Assembly (NCBI GenBank): GCA_009103225.1
Contig: RHPI01001855.1
Span: forward strand, 69,296 to 133,295
Origin: Chlorokybus atmophyticus
Taxonomy: Eukaryota > Plantae > Mesostigma and Chlorokybus algae
Direction of reading: 5' to 3'
DNA length: 64,000 bases
In this document: positions 46,923 to 58,199 of the stretch, one piece after another
Layout of the letters: every line of letters begins with the position of its first letter
Numbering within the stretch: the first letter of the stretch is position 1
Notes under the pieces: model-generated
What the model saw: only the letters and a program-made list of their open reading frames with translations
Databases searched by the model: none
Told to the model about the DNA's origin: nothing
Position numbers and translations under genes: made by a program

Positions 46923-49900
46923 TGACAAACCCGCATTTGTTCACCAGGCTTGGTCCCCGCGTTCGGACCAAGGCGGGTGACCCTGGTCCGGGCCTCGAGC
47001 CGCCCTGGCGTTTTTGCCCTGGTCCGTACGTGCGGACCAGGGCTGGTCCGTAGAGAAAATTCCGTGTGAATGCCGTCATCCTTTTATAATATGTCACAAA
47101 GTTTATAAGATTGTGTTCTTCTGATCTTTGCCAATATCATGAGCGTAGCAAGTACTGAAAAACCACCGACCACAGATTGTGTTTGTCATGCGATTTCATT
47201 GAACCTGTGTGTGCACTATGTCAGAGTTGCTGTGCACAACAGTTCTTTAACAGGACATTCAATTGCTTTACAAGCAGTGCTATAACATGCCTGCTGTCTC
47301 ACTTAAGTGCTTTGTAAAAGATTGGAGTTTAGAGCCGAAAGTTCTTGGAACTCTCACACACGAGAGTAAATTCTCTACCTGCCCTACATGCGTGATAGCC
47401 CATGGAGCATGAGGTCTGATCTTGACTACTACTTCCTTTCCATCAACAACCTTCATCTCTGTCTGCAGAGCCCAGCACAACGGTCATCACGCAGAGGCAC
47501 ACGAATTGCATGCGCACATCACACAATCGCATAAGCCGGCCATACCTCTAGCCAGAGGTTGGCATGCGTCCTTGCTGCCGCATATCTTCTCTTGCCTCGT
47601 TGCTAGCGCGCAAGCCAGCAAGCAGATTGGCCAGATTGGTTGCCAGGTTGGCAAAGATGTGCATGGGTCTAATCACATGACCCTTGACAGAATTCTGTAA
47701 AGGAAGCCAATATGGAAGATTGTGAAAACAGCTCAAGCCAAGGATGCCAGAAGACTCGGAAGGATATCTCTTTATCAAGTCAAGTGGACGCTGGCTTTTG
47801 CGTGATGTCATGGCGTACCTGTTTGTATGGCATTCATAACTTCAAATTGGGTAACAATGCTATCTTTGGCAATCTGACAATTGAGTAGGCAATGAGTCGA
47901 TATTGCTTACCGATACATGCTCTCCGCAGTCCGCAATGGAGGTGCAGGTCTGAGTTCTGGGTGTTGCCAATGCTGATCTGTGCGATATGGATGGTCATTT
48001 GGTAGGTAACGACGGTAGCGTTGGTAGATCACCTTCTTCAAGAGGTCTACATGTTCTCCGCGGCACTCGCATTTAGAACAGCCAAAGATGGCTCCATGCG
48101 CCATCTGCATGGCAGCTTTGGCCAGAGCTCCATGGCAGCTTTGGCCAGAGCTGCACAACCACAATCAACTACATCAGATCCATCTTCATTGTGTGGTATT
48201 TGCAAAACCTAGCTACACAGACACCAATAGCATGTCAAACCTGGATAATCGTGGATGACAATTTCTAAAAGAGATCTGCACTTGAAGACTCGAGGTGACT
48301 ATCGTATATTTCAATACCTGAACGTTACCAACAATATCAAAATCCACAACTGTCAAAATAAGTTGATGCTACAATACCTGCCCAAAGGCTGCCTAACTGG
48401 TCAATGATTGGCCTCAGGTAAGCCTGGAGATTTTTTGGCTGCTTAGCAGCAGGTATCATAGCTGCCATAAAAGAAGTGTCCGTCTTATGCATTTTGGTAA
48501 TTGGCAGGTTCAGCACTGAAATTGTGACAACCCAAAATTCATAGTTCCCTGCAAGTCAACAAACATATTAAACCATTTGTACAGTCTCACACCACGTTGA
48601 GCACACGGCAAACAATGCACTTCAATACCTTTGTGCGGATTTTGAATGGGCTCATCCCGTCAATGAACTTTGCTAGCCGTATATTGCGTGGTTCATTAGC
48701 AAACCGGCTGTAGTGATCATCAGTGTCCTTGAACATTGGCGAGTCTGATGGCAGCAAGAACACCGAGGGTTTACAACAGACTGTCCCAACTGACTCGCCA
48801 ACACATTTACACATGCACAAAAGCACCACGCAAGGATGCTAAGGACTTACATGCCGCCCCAGCATGTCACCAACGAGCTCACGAAAAACACGAAACAAGG
48901 CAGGACGTCAAGGTCTTACATGCCGCCCCAACGTCTCACCAACACATTCACGCATGCAAAAAAGCACAAGGCAAGAACACTGAGGCCTTACATGCCGCCC
49001 CAGCATTTTACCAACAATTCATGCACGCACAAACAAAAGCCCTACAATCAAGAGCAGTTGTACCTCATTTGAAATTCAACTTGTCAATGCAATTGACATG
49101 TTACCGTGTATGGATCGTATAATCCCATCCAAACTGCGCTTTGTGTGCGCCGTCATCTCCGCAGCCATGGTAGGTTTTAGGTACAAAGACCTCAGTGCAG
49201 CAGGCAAATCAAAGTAGCGTGCGGTCTTCCATGCATCTTGTCTACCTCTAATGTTTCTGTGGCGAGGTGTTTTGCAGACTGCAAGGCATCAGTTGATCGC
49301 TCACTTATGGGTCATGCAGTGACCATGCAACTGCTAAGGAAATTCAACAACTGCTCACCTTTGCTAAGTTTCCTCTTGGCATATCTTCCACAGTATACCA
49401 TATAATCACACCTACAGGCGTCGTACGCCTAAAAGCCCATATTTAGACTGGCAAGACAATCCAAAATCTCTGGTATGCTTCTTGGCATCTTGTTTGTCTT
49501 GGGCAAAACAACATCATGCATCAACCTGTTACACAGACCAACCACTAGGCAATTTGAACATGCAGAATGTAGCGAGGTCTTGCATTTTGTTTGTAAAACT
49601 CTGCACTCGCACCTCAATACCTTGTTCATGAAGTTGAAAGGTATTCGATGTAGTTGAGCCAAGACCAGTAGCACCATGGAAATGCCCATAGGGGTTGTGC
49701 GCGAATCAGCAACATCAGGGTTATTCATTGTCCAACAGCGCAGCATTCACGTCATCAAGCAGTAATGCATCACTACCGCGTGGATTGCCCTCCTGCTCGG
49801 ACTCCACATCGGTTTAGTAGTCTTGGCCAGGTTTGTCTTCAACTTGCTTAGTATTCACTTGCTCAGAAGTTGAGGCGAAAGGCGCTTGAATATCAAGCTC

Positions 49901-50949
49901 TATTGCATCAACGAATTTGGTTGTGGGACCTTGATGTTCTGGCGATACTAGCTGGTGCCCTTCCCCATCATCATTCGCACACAGCATCTTGCAGCGCAAA
50001 CTGCAGCAGACGGCACATGCACGATAGGCAAAGCTAGCAATGATGAACATACGTTTTGGGTCAGTTTGTACCTTTAGGATGTAAGTGAGCTTGAGATTTG
50101 CAATGAGATGCAACGCTCGTTTGTGTTGTGTCTGCTTGGCACCATGTTCAAGTTGGATGTGTACCGCCATCGCATCTTTGAGACAAACCCTCCTGTGATC
50201 TCAAACTTGAAATGCAACCACACTGGTTCTGTACTTGAAGAGCTGGCAACGCACACGGAGCAGCACCAGCAGTTGCTACCTGGGGAGAGGCAAATTTACC
50301 CGGTGTACGGCCAAGCATCTTGCCGTGATACTATTGCAGGGTGGCAGTCTGCAATGCAGGTGGAGTGGATGGAAGCGGAATCGGAAATAAAGAATGCCAT
50401 TCCACCGACTTCCTCTGAACATGCAGGCAGGCTGTTGCTAAAAGCTATAGGCTTCACTGTTGATTACCGTCCTTTCTACTGATCCTGTGTACAAACAATT
50501 GCTTAGACAATATCATCAACTTACGAGCTGTGCTGGCAAACTTGTGTGGTCATTATCTGCACTGGTTTCAGCTTGACCACTTGTGACTTCATCAGCCAGT
50601 GCCAGCTAGAATGCCATATGGCAGCATGAAGGGATGCCGAGATTAACAAGGAAACTTACAACTGCACAATTGTGATGCGCAACTTGCTAGATGAGAGACG
50701 AGTTTTCTTGCAAAGCGCCGACTGCGCTGTGCCGGTTACCCAACTAAGAGAACACCTCCTGCGGGTTCACTGTTCACTGTTTACGATGGTGAGGTCGCAG
50801 GGGCTCCTGCAAACACAACAGTCGCAATGTTAACAACAGCAGTTCTTGCAAAAACTGCAAATGTATAAGCAGTCTCCATGCCTGTTCCAACCTGCAAAGC
50901 TGGTAGTGCTTTTACAAGGTTGCAATTCCAGCTATCTTTGCTGCTGTTG

Positions 50950-52188
50950 CTCCTTCTCCTTTCGCTCCCGCCGCTGCTTCCGTTGCTCCTTTGCCTCCTG
51001 AACTTTTTATTACTCTGCTACCGCTCCTCCGCTTTCTGCTGAATTAGCTGCTGACGCAACTGCTCCTGCTGCTCAGGCGTGTCCTATGCAGCTATTATCT
51101 CCTTCACGCGCTCATGTGTAGAGTGCCTGACTAGCTTCTTGTCCACCGGACAACTGGTGATGCATTCCGCTTGTTGCAATATCAGCAGCTCCTTGCGGTT
51201 TGCTTTGCCAAACAGAAATTTGTTTCAATTCAGGAGGTGTGCTTGCTGTTGGCCAAGTAGGGTCTTTTTAAAATCCTTAGCAGTAGACACAAGCAGATTG
51301 AATTGATCTACTCGCCAATCTTGATTGCCAGGACCCTTAGGCACGCCGATGCGCACGTCTTTTCCGAAGTCCCTTGAAAAACAGCTGTACTTTAAGGGTC
51401 TCGTGGACCAGTTGCTCGTTGGCGTTTGCAACCCTGCATAATTGTGCAAACTGCGCGTAATACTCTTGAACAATGCGAAGTCCCTGTTGCACATGCAGCT
51501 TCTGGCACCGGCAGGCATGTTGTCCCTTTGCAAAGCAGCTCGCTGTTGGCGGCGTGACGGGCGGCGTTTGCGTTTCTTCGAGGGGGGTTCAGATTCACAA
51601 GGTGCAGGATCACTGGTTGCTGCGGTGCTAACGTCAAGTGACATCTCATTGGTTGCTGCAATAGCACCCTCAACTGCACCACTGACCTGCATCGCTTCAG
51701 CCTCCTCCTCATCAGTGACATCGACTTGCATAGCTTCAGCCTCCTGCCGCTATTTGGCCTTCGCCCCCTCCTGCTTGGCCTTGGCTTTAGCCTCCTCCTG
51801 CCTCTGCTTGGCCTCAGCCTCCTCCTGCTTGGCCTTGGCCTCAGCCTCCTGCCATTGCTGCGCTTCAGCCTCCTCCCGCCTCTGTTTGGCTTCAACCTCA
51901 ACCTGTTGCCGTAACAACCGCCGTAACAACTGTCGCGCTTCAGCCTCCTCTTGCCTCTGCTTGGCCTCGGCCTCGGCCTCAGCCTCCTGCCGTAACAACT
52001 GTTGCACTGCAGCCTCCTCTTCCAGCTTGGCCCTGGCTTTGACTTGCTGCTTGGCAGCATTAATAGCAACTATAGTTTGTGGACCCATCCACTTTTAAGC
52101 CCTCTGGGCCTTGGCTTGTGCCTCAGCTTTGTGCTTGGGCTGGGGCTCAGCTTGCTGCTCGGCCTGGGCCTGGGCCTGGGCTTGGGCC
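50950..52188 (-). pseudogene. A/E/Q/K-rich coiled-coil ORF fragments of unknown function, probably a transposon accessory gene
   Basis: ORFs 51750-52088 (EAEAKQRQEEAEA repeats) and 51225-51731 (with an NLS-like PPSKKRKRR). No recognisable catalytic motif. Confidence 0.4.
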
Positions 52189-53526
52189 ACTCCGCTTCGG
52201 ACGTGGATGCCGCTGTAGTTAGCTGCAGCCTGCTGTTCCAGCTCACAGCTCCTCCGTTGAGTATGAACACATAGCCAGTAGTAGACCTTCTGCTGTCGAG
52301 GTCTCCAGCAAAGTCCGAGTCGCAATAGCCTATCAGCTTAGTGTCGCCGCGACCAAACTTGATGCCAACAATAGCGCTTCCCGCCACATAGCGTAGTACC
52401 CCCTTTGCAGCCCTGCAGTGCTCAATCGACGGTGCAGACATGTAGCGAGCAAGGACTCTACAGCATGTGCAATGTCTGGACGCGTGCACACTGCCAAATA
52501 GAGCATGCTGCCTATCAGCTCACCGAAAGGGTATTGAGGCTTGTTAAGTACCTCTCCCTCCTTCCCCTTTACGAGGTTGGTACCAACCGTTCGTGGTGTA
52601 GACTTGGTCTTTGCCTCAGTTGATCCAAACTTGGCAACCAGTCTTTATTCCATCTGTTCCTGGCTGATCTTGATAGTGCGCGCCGCTCTGTTGCGCTCAA
52701 CCATGCCAAGAAAGAACTTGGCCTCTCCAAGATCACGCACTGAGAATGCTTGTTGCAGTGCAAGCTGCATCTCGTGCAAGAACTCCACTTGCCTTGCGTT
52801 GACGATAATGTTGTCCACATATACCAACAACCACACCTTCTTTGCCTCGTGGAAGAAGAGCCCAGGGTCAGCGGTTGATGCCTTGAAGCCCAACGACTCC
52901 AACTCTTTTGTAAGCCGAATGTGCCACATACGAGGTGCTTGCCGTAGCCCGTATAATGCCTTGATCAGCTTGCAGGCCATACCGCGCTCTCTTTCTTCAT
53001 AGCCAGGTGGTTGCTCGATGTAGATCTCTTCCTCTAACTCTCCATAAAGGAAGGCAATTTTCACATCGAGGTGATGCATCTTAAGGTCCTCCGCAGCAAC
53101 CATAGCCAACAATGCACGAAAGGTGACATGCTTACTTGCGGGAGCAAAAACTTCTGTAAAGTTAACGCCCTCTTGTTGCAGGAAGCCCTTTGCCACCAGC
53201 CTTGCCTTGTACCGCTCAATGTTGCCTTGACCATCACGCTTCACCTTGAAGACCCACTTGACAGGAATGGGCTTAGCACCTTCCGGCATCTTCTCCAACA
53301 CCCAAGTATTATTGGCGTGAAGTGACGCAATCTCCTTGTCCATAGCCCGCTGCCACTGCTCCGCGTCAGGTGCGCGCAACGCCTCCACATAGGTGCTTGG
53401 CTCCTCCTTATCCTTTTGCACACTCGCCACGTGTGCCTTATAAAAGTCAGGTGCACTTCTCTCCCTCTCAGGATACCTGCGAGTTGAGTGGTGCTGATGT
53501 TGCTCCACATTGTTAGCCTTGGTCAA
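52189..53526 (-). pseudogene. Ty1/copia reverse transcriptase and start of RNase H (fragment)
   Basis: EPSTYVEAL, KWVFKVK, YKARLVAKGF, HLDVKIAFLYG, KALYGLRQAPRMW, LLVYVDNII, GSMLYLAVCTRPDIA, GYCDSDFAGDLDSRRSTTGY, TSEAE, then truncated. Confidence 0.95.
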
Positions 53527-55080
53527 GTCGTGCTGGTGGGGCGGGCGTAATTGCAGGTGAAGCCCTCAAGCAGCAGTGATTCGAGCTCGTCTATAAGTGG
53601 CTTCAAAAAGGGGTCCATGTTGTCAACCCCCTTGGGAAGCTGATCTTTGGGCACAAAACCGACAGGAAGAAGCGAAGACGTCTGCGCGCTCAACAACTTG
53701 CCTCCGTTCAAGATGGCCACGTTGATCATCAGCGTGTTGTGGGGGTTGGTGCTGGCTGTGGTGAAGCCGTCCCAGTGGCCAATGAAGGTGGTTCCTCGAG
53801 TCACCGTAGGCCATATGCTTAAAAGGACAGGTGACCTGCTCGCAGGTGCGACACCGAAACCTCCGCTGCGGCCCATCATCACTGTCGCCTTCAGTGAAGT
53901 GGTGACCTGGTCTGTGAACTGTCTGGCAGTGCTCTCATCTGACTAGCAGCTAGTAGGTCTTCTTGGGGTTGAAGAAGTCGGTGATCTCCCTTATACGAGC
54001 TCCATCCCAGACTTCAGATTGACGGGCAGGAGGAACTGCTGGATCTTTGTCAAGCCGCCGCTCCCGGTGCAGCCAGGCCTGGAGCCATTGATGACAGATG
54101 GTTGACACGCCCAGCATGAGCTGCAACCTTGGCCTGAGAGGGAGGTAGTAGAAGCTCGTGCCTTCCTTGCGTTTCTGACTGCAGTCTGGGCACTGTTCTT
54201 TTGCCATGGCTTTGCGCTCCTTCTCGCGCTGCCGGTAGCTGGAGCGCACGGAGTCTTCGTCTTGCACAACGAGCTCAGCATTTGGATAGGGCTTGTCGAA
54301 CAGGTGGCCGCAGGCACAGACAGAATAATGCGGTGTTGAAGGCATCCCCATGCCCTTAAACATGCCAATCAGGCTCTTGCAAGTAGTAGGCAGCTTGAAG
54401 CCTTCGCTCTTCTCATTAAACAATCCCTTCGTAGCCAAAACCATTAAGGAGCTTTCGCCTTTAAAGAGGACAGGGAGCAGTTTGTTGAAGCAGTCCTGCG
54501 AGACTCCAGCTTCTTCTAGAATGGATGAGATCTCGATTATCTTGTCCAGGTAAGTTGTAGACATCTGCTGCAAATTAGGCAACTTGTCTGCATCAAAGCT
54601 GTCCAAAGTGGGTTGCACAGTAGGAATGCTCCTCAGCCGTCTGGCCGCCTCGTCTTTGGCTAAGTGCGCATCGATGATCAAGCGCGGCTGCATGATCTGC
54701 GACACAATAAGGGTGTGTAAGCAATGTGCATGCATGGTCACTCTTTATCAGCGCTGGCCAAGCGAAGCAACTTACCAAGCCTTTGCACTTGGAGCAGAGG
54801 CAAAGGTCGCGACTAAAGGTTAGAGGCTGCTCAGGCTCAGGCTCTTGGTTGCCAGAATGATCAGATTGCTCGGCGGCTCCAAAGTCCGGCATCTCTGGAG
54901 AAGATTGTTCTGCTGTCTGCTGGTTGGACAGGTGTGGTTGATCTTCAGGCGCAGGCTCGGGCTCCAAGGCAGACGCAGCTGCAAGTTCGGGCTCCAAGGC
55001 AGACGCAGGTGCAGGCTCATGCTCCAAGGCAGATGCAGGTGCAGGCAGCTGCAAATCACCTCCTCCTCCAGTGAGGTACG
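53527..55080 (-). pseudogene. Second EnSpm/CACTA-type transposase, 5' part
   Basis: HYSVCACGHLF, CPDCSQKR, FYYLPLRPRLQLML, SEVWDGARIRE, HWDGF, VGFVP...MDPFLKPLIDELESLLLEG. Contains a 30-bp x3 repeat (PAPASALEPE) at about 54950-55050. Confidence 0.8.
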
Positions 55081-55090
55081 GGCTGATGTT

Positions 55091-55448
55091 TGTTGAACGC
55101 GCTTGCTGGGCGGCCCTCATCTCTTTAAGCAGTGACCGTTTAGCACGTACACTGGCTTTGCGTGGCTTCCCACCAGCATGCTTGATTGGTGCAAGCGTTT
55201 CATCAAACTGCTCACGCTCGCGCAGAACAGCAGACTGTTGAACAATGCGTCCTGTTGGTCATGAGCTAAACATCGCAACTTAGCGCGCGTCGAAAAGCCG
55301 AGTATTGTGCACGCGATGCTTGCAAATGTAGACGTGTATAGAAACTGGCGGGGTATAAAACCCCTGGACTTGTATGGCATTAATGGTAGTAGCAGCCGTA
55401 CTCTTGTTGATGTTGTTAGCGTGTCACTTGCACGTGTGTATGTCAATA
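55091..55448 (+). repeat. Probable Ty1/copia 5' LTR
   Basis: Ends TGTTG...TCAATA, contains a GGGTATAAAA box, and is followed directly by PBS-like GGTTATGGGC and a copia gag. The partner LTR is not in the window. Confidence 0.65.
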
Positions 55449-55577
55449 GGTTATGGGCGCACACATGCTTGTGTAGGTTGATGGAGTGTGTTACGATTGT
55501 GTGAGTAGCTGTAGTTGCTTGATGTGGAGTAGGTTGTAAGATCTGCAAGTAGCAGAGGGGCAGCCACGGCCACAAGC

Positions 55578-56270
55578 ATGGATGGCTTGAAGTGCACAAT
55601 GAAACCACTAGACGTTAATAACTACAACATATGGAGCGTGAAGATGGAGCTACTATTGGCCTACAACGAGCTGTGGAAGTATCTGGATCCGGCGGAGGCA
55701 CCTTTGTAGGCATAGCGAGTGTCTGGGCAACACAAGGGAGAAAAGTTTTGATTTTGATATGCTTGCACATGGCTGATCATTACCTGGTGCTGGTGAAGGA
55801 GTGCCAGAGTGCACAGGAGCTTTGAACGAAGTTGGATAGCCATTTCAAGTCGCGCAACATAGCGAGGAGACTGCAGCTGAGGCAGGAGCTCAACTCATTG
55901 CGCAAGGAGAGCGGGGAGCCCATTGTCAAGTTCATGGAGCGAGCGAAGGTGTTGTGGAGTGACTTGCTAGGTGTTGGCCACGAGCTCAAGGAAGTTGAGG
56001 TGGTGGTGTGGGCTGTGCTCTCCGGTTTGCCCAAAGAGTATAGGGTTGTTGTCACTATCTTGGAGTCTGGGAAGGAGGACTTGTCAATGGATGGGGTGAC
56101 ACCAATATCACTTCAAGAAGAGCAGCGCTCGAGGAAGGAGGACGACGATGGAGAGGGAGCACCTGGAGGTGGAGGTGCTGTGGCATGCGAAGAAGGGCAC
56201 ACGAAGCAGTCATGTGGAGTGTTGGCATTGCGGGGAGCGTGGTCACATCCAGTGGTATTGTCCTAAGGTG
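55578..56270 (+). pseudogene. gag: Ty1/copia gag (UBN2-like) with zinc knuckle
   Basis: LDVNNYNIWSVKMELLL...LWKYL, RRLQLRQELNSLRKE, VLSGLPKEYRVVVTILE, CWHCGERGHIQWYCP. Contains stops. Confidence 0.9.
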
Positions 56271-56279
56271 AAGAAGGCT

Positions 56280-56938
56280 GATGGTGAGTAGTCGACTTCG
56301 ATGTTGACCTCGTGGACGTCCCTAAGGGGTGTGGTCATTGTGGGGTCGGTAGACTCAAGGGCAGGAATCTCCTCTGTTGGTGAGGTGGTGTTAATCCGGC
56401 TACCTGACCGTAACGCGGCTACAACAAACATGACCGCCACGGTGGGAGTTGCTGCTGCGAGGCCGAGCTCGTGCCGAGCTCCGGTTGCATTGTTGGTGCT
56501 GCGGTGAGGGTTGCGACTGAGGCCATCAGCGTCCTGGTTGGTGAGGCCGGCACGGTGGTCGATCTCAAAGTCATACTCCTGCAGCAACAGAGCCCAGCGA
56601 GCAAGTTTTTAGGTTAGATGTTGGTTGGTCATCAACCACTTGAGTGGCTGATGACCAACAATGTCGGTGATCAGCTGGAATTGTCAACCACAGAGGAACG
56701 GTCTAAAAAAGAAGATAGCCCATACTGCAGCGAGGCACTCCCCCTCGCAGCTGCTGTAGTTGGCCTCAGCGCTGTTGCTGCTTCGGCTGGCGTACGACAC
56801 CACCCGCTTCTTCTTGTTCTCATCGTGCTGTACCAGCACATCCCCCATCCCAAGCTTGCTCCAGTCGGTGTGGAGGATGGGAAGGGCTTGTTGTAGTCAA
56901 GACGTTGCAAGATGGGAGCGGTAGTGAGCCTGCCCTTT
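56280..56938 (-). pseudogene. Ty3/gypsy RNase H fragment
   Basis: LTTAPILQRLDYNKPF, ILHTDWSKLGMG, VVSYASRS, EANYSSCEGECLAAVWAI, FQLITD, LARWALLLQEYDFEIDHRAG..NQDADGLSR. Confidence 0.9.
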
Positions 56939-57470
56939 CACACGGCACCTGCAGCAGAATCCGTTCTCGGCACAAGCCAGTTGTGCCGTCAGCGGCACCT
57001 GCCTTCGAGTTCTGCGAGCAATTCTTCTTCCAAGACGGCACAAGTCGCTTTGTGCCGGCAGAGGATTGTAAGTCACCATCTGTTAGCCGGCACAAGCTGC
57101 TTACTGCCGCTGACGGGGCAAACTACGTTGGGCCGACATCGGCACAGCAGTACTTCTAATAGTCTTCGGCACAGCAGCGCTTCTGCCGTCTTCGGCACAG
57201 CTGCGACCCCACCGTCTTCGGCACAGCAGCGCTTATGCCGTTTTTGCCACAATAGCACTTCTGCCGACTTCGGCGCAGCAGCGCTTCTGCCGTCTTCAGC
57301 ACAGCTGTGATCCTATCGTCTTCGGCACAGCAACGATCTTGCCGTTTTTGGCACAATAGCACTTTTGCCAACTTCGGCACAGCAGCGCTTCTGCCGTCTT
57401 CGGCACAGCAGCACTTCTGCCGACTTCGGCACAGCAGCAGCAGCAGTTGTGCCGTTGACGGCACAGCTCC
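56939..57470. repeat. CACACGG terminus plus a 26-bp tandem subterminal array with 4-unit higher-order period
   Basis: CACACGG at 56939 abuts the broken gypsy ORF. Ten full CTTCGGCACAGCAGCGCTTCTGCCGT-type units run from 57164 to 57423. Confidence 0.85.
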
Positions 57471-58199
57471 TGGTGTGTCGACCTCGATGGACCAGCAGTC
57501 ATGCCGATAACGACCCAGCCATCTCTATTCCACAATTAGCAGCACAATATAGCAGTCACATGCAGGCAAATTGCAGGCAGTTTTCCTGGCAAAGAAATCT
57601 TACCCTTATAACCTTATATGGAGTTTACATTGTACCATGTACTCCTAACTAGTACTAGAATATGCTCCAATTGTTTGCAAGAAGCTTAATGCTACCAGGA
57701 AGCTAAACTGCTGGTAGCAAGCTAAAATGCTAGCCAGAAGTTAGACTTTTAGCAGGAAGCTAGACTGGCGGCTATAAGGAAGCTGCATGGAAGCTAGACT
57801 GGTTGCTGCAAGAAAGATGAGCGAAGGTCTTCGGCTTGGTACCCAATTACGGATCGGGTTGTCGCTTGGCTTGACTATTCCAGTGCCAGCCATAGCGTGC
57901 TTCTCCTGAGTTATCCTGTACCAGCCAGCGCTTGTTGACTGCAAATGTAACAAGCATGAGACCGATCTGCGAGTCAGTCAACTTTGCAAGCAGATGGTCC
58001 TCCTATGGCTGCCGAAGGGCGACAGCCTCCCAATCTGCGTCCCGTATGTCCCCCTCCAGGAAGTGTACACCTCCAGCAAGCTCTCGCGGTTGGGAACATT
58101 GGCGCAAAAGGTATTGCAGCAGATGCCAGCCAAGTGCATGAGGTGGTCAGAGCAACGATTGATCTGCAAGCAAGAATTGTTACAAGTGTGCATCATGCA

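Larger units (their letters stand above)
38724..47068. mobile_element. 8.3 kb composite element with CAC...GTG ends and 3-bp TSD (CMC/EnSpm-like, non-autonomous), carrying a hAT
   Basis: TSD AAT at 38721-38723 and 47069-47071. Ends CACCTGC and (reverse complement) CACACGG. GGACCAGGGCTGG(TCC) subterminal repeats at both ends. Excision restores host transposase KRMTALDVKQSHLGKLQ in frame. Confidence 0.75.
31396..49800 (-). pseudogene. EnSpm/CACTA TnpD-like transposase (Transposase_21 / DUF4218 / DUF4216-like), spliced and split by two insertions
   Basis: In order from about 49.7 kb: VLPKTNKMPRS; DSPMFK...NIRLAKFIDGMSPF; WVVTISVLNLP...YLRPIIDQLGSLWAG; IHDYPG; RYRRYLPNDHPYR; FHNLPYW...RPMHIFAN; RVPRTFGS; MKSHDKH; KRMTA|LDVKQSHLGKLQ; EMELFFP...MLHLLGHFPEQ...GPVRDHWEWAHERFM; QELEWW|LAENDN; HWYGRVQSF...LRARWY. 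Multiple TAG stops. Confidence 0.9.

Noticed and set aside
38723-47064. Helitron reading of the 8.3 kb insert (A|TC start, A-T target, CGGACCAGGGCTGGTCCG hairpin near the 3' end)
   Set aside because: It also restores the host frame, but there is no 3' CTRR. The CAC...GTG plus AAT TSD model explains both ends and matches CACTA transposase spacing better. Not fully excluded.
57164-57440. CRISPR-like repeat array
   Set aside because: The units are contiguous tandem repeats with no unique spacers, there are no cas genes, and the context is eukaryotic.
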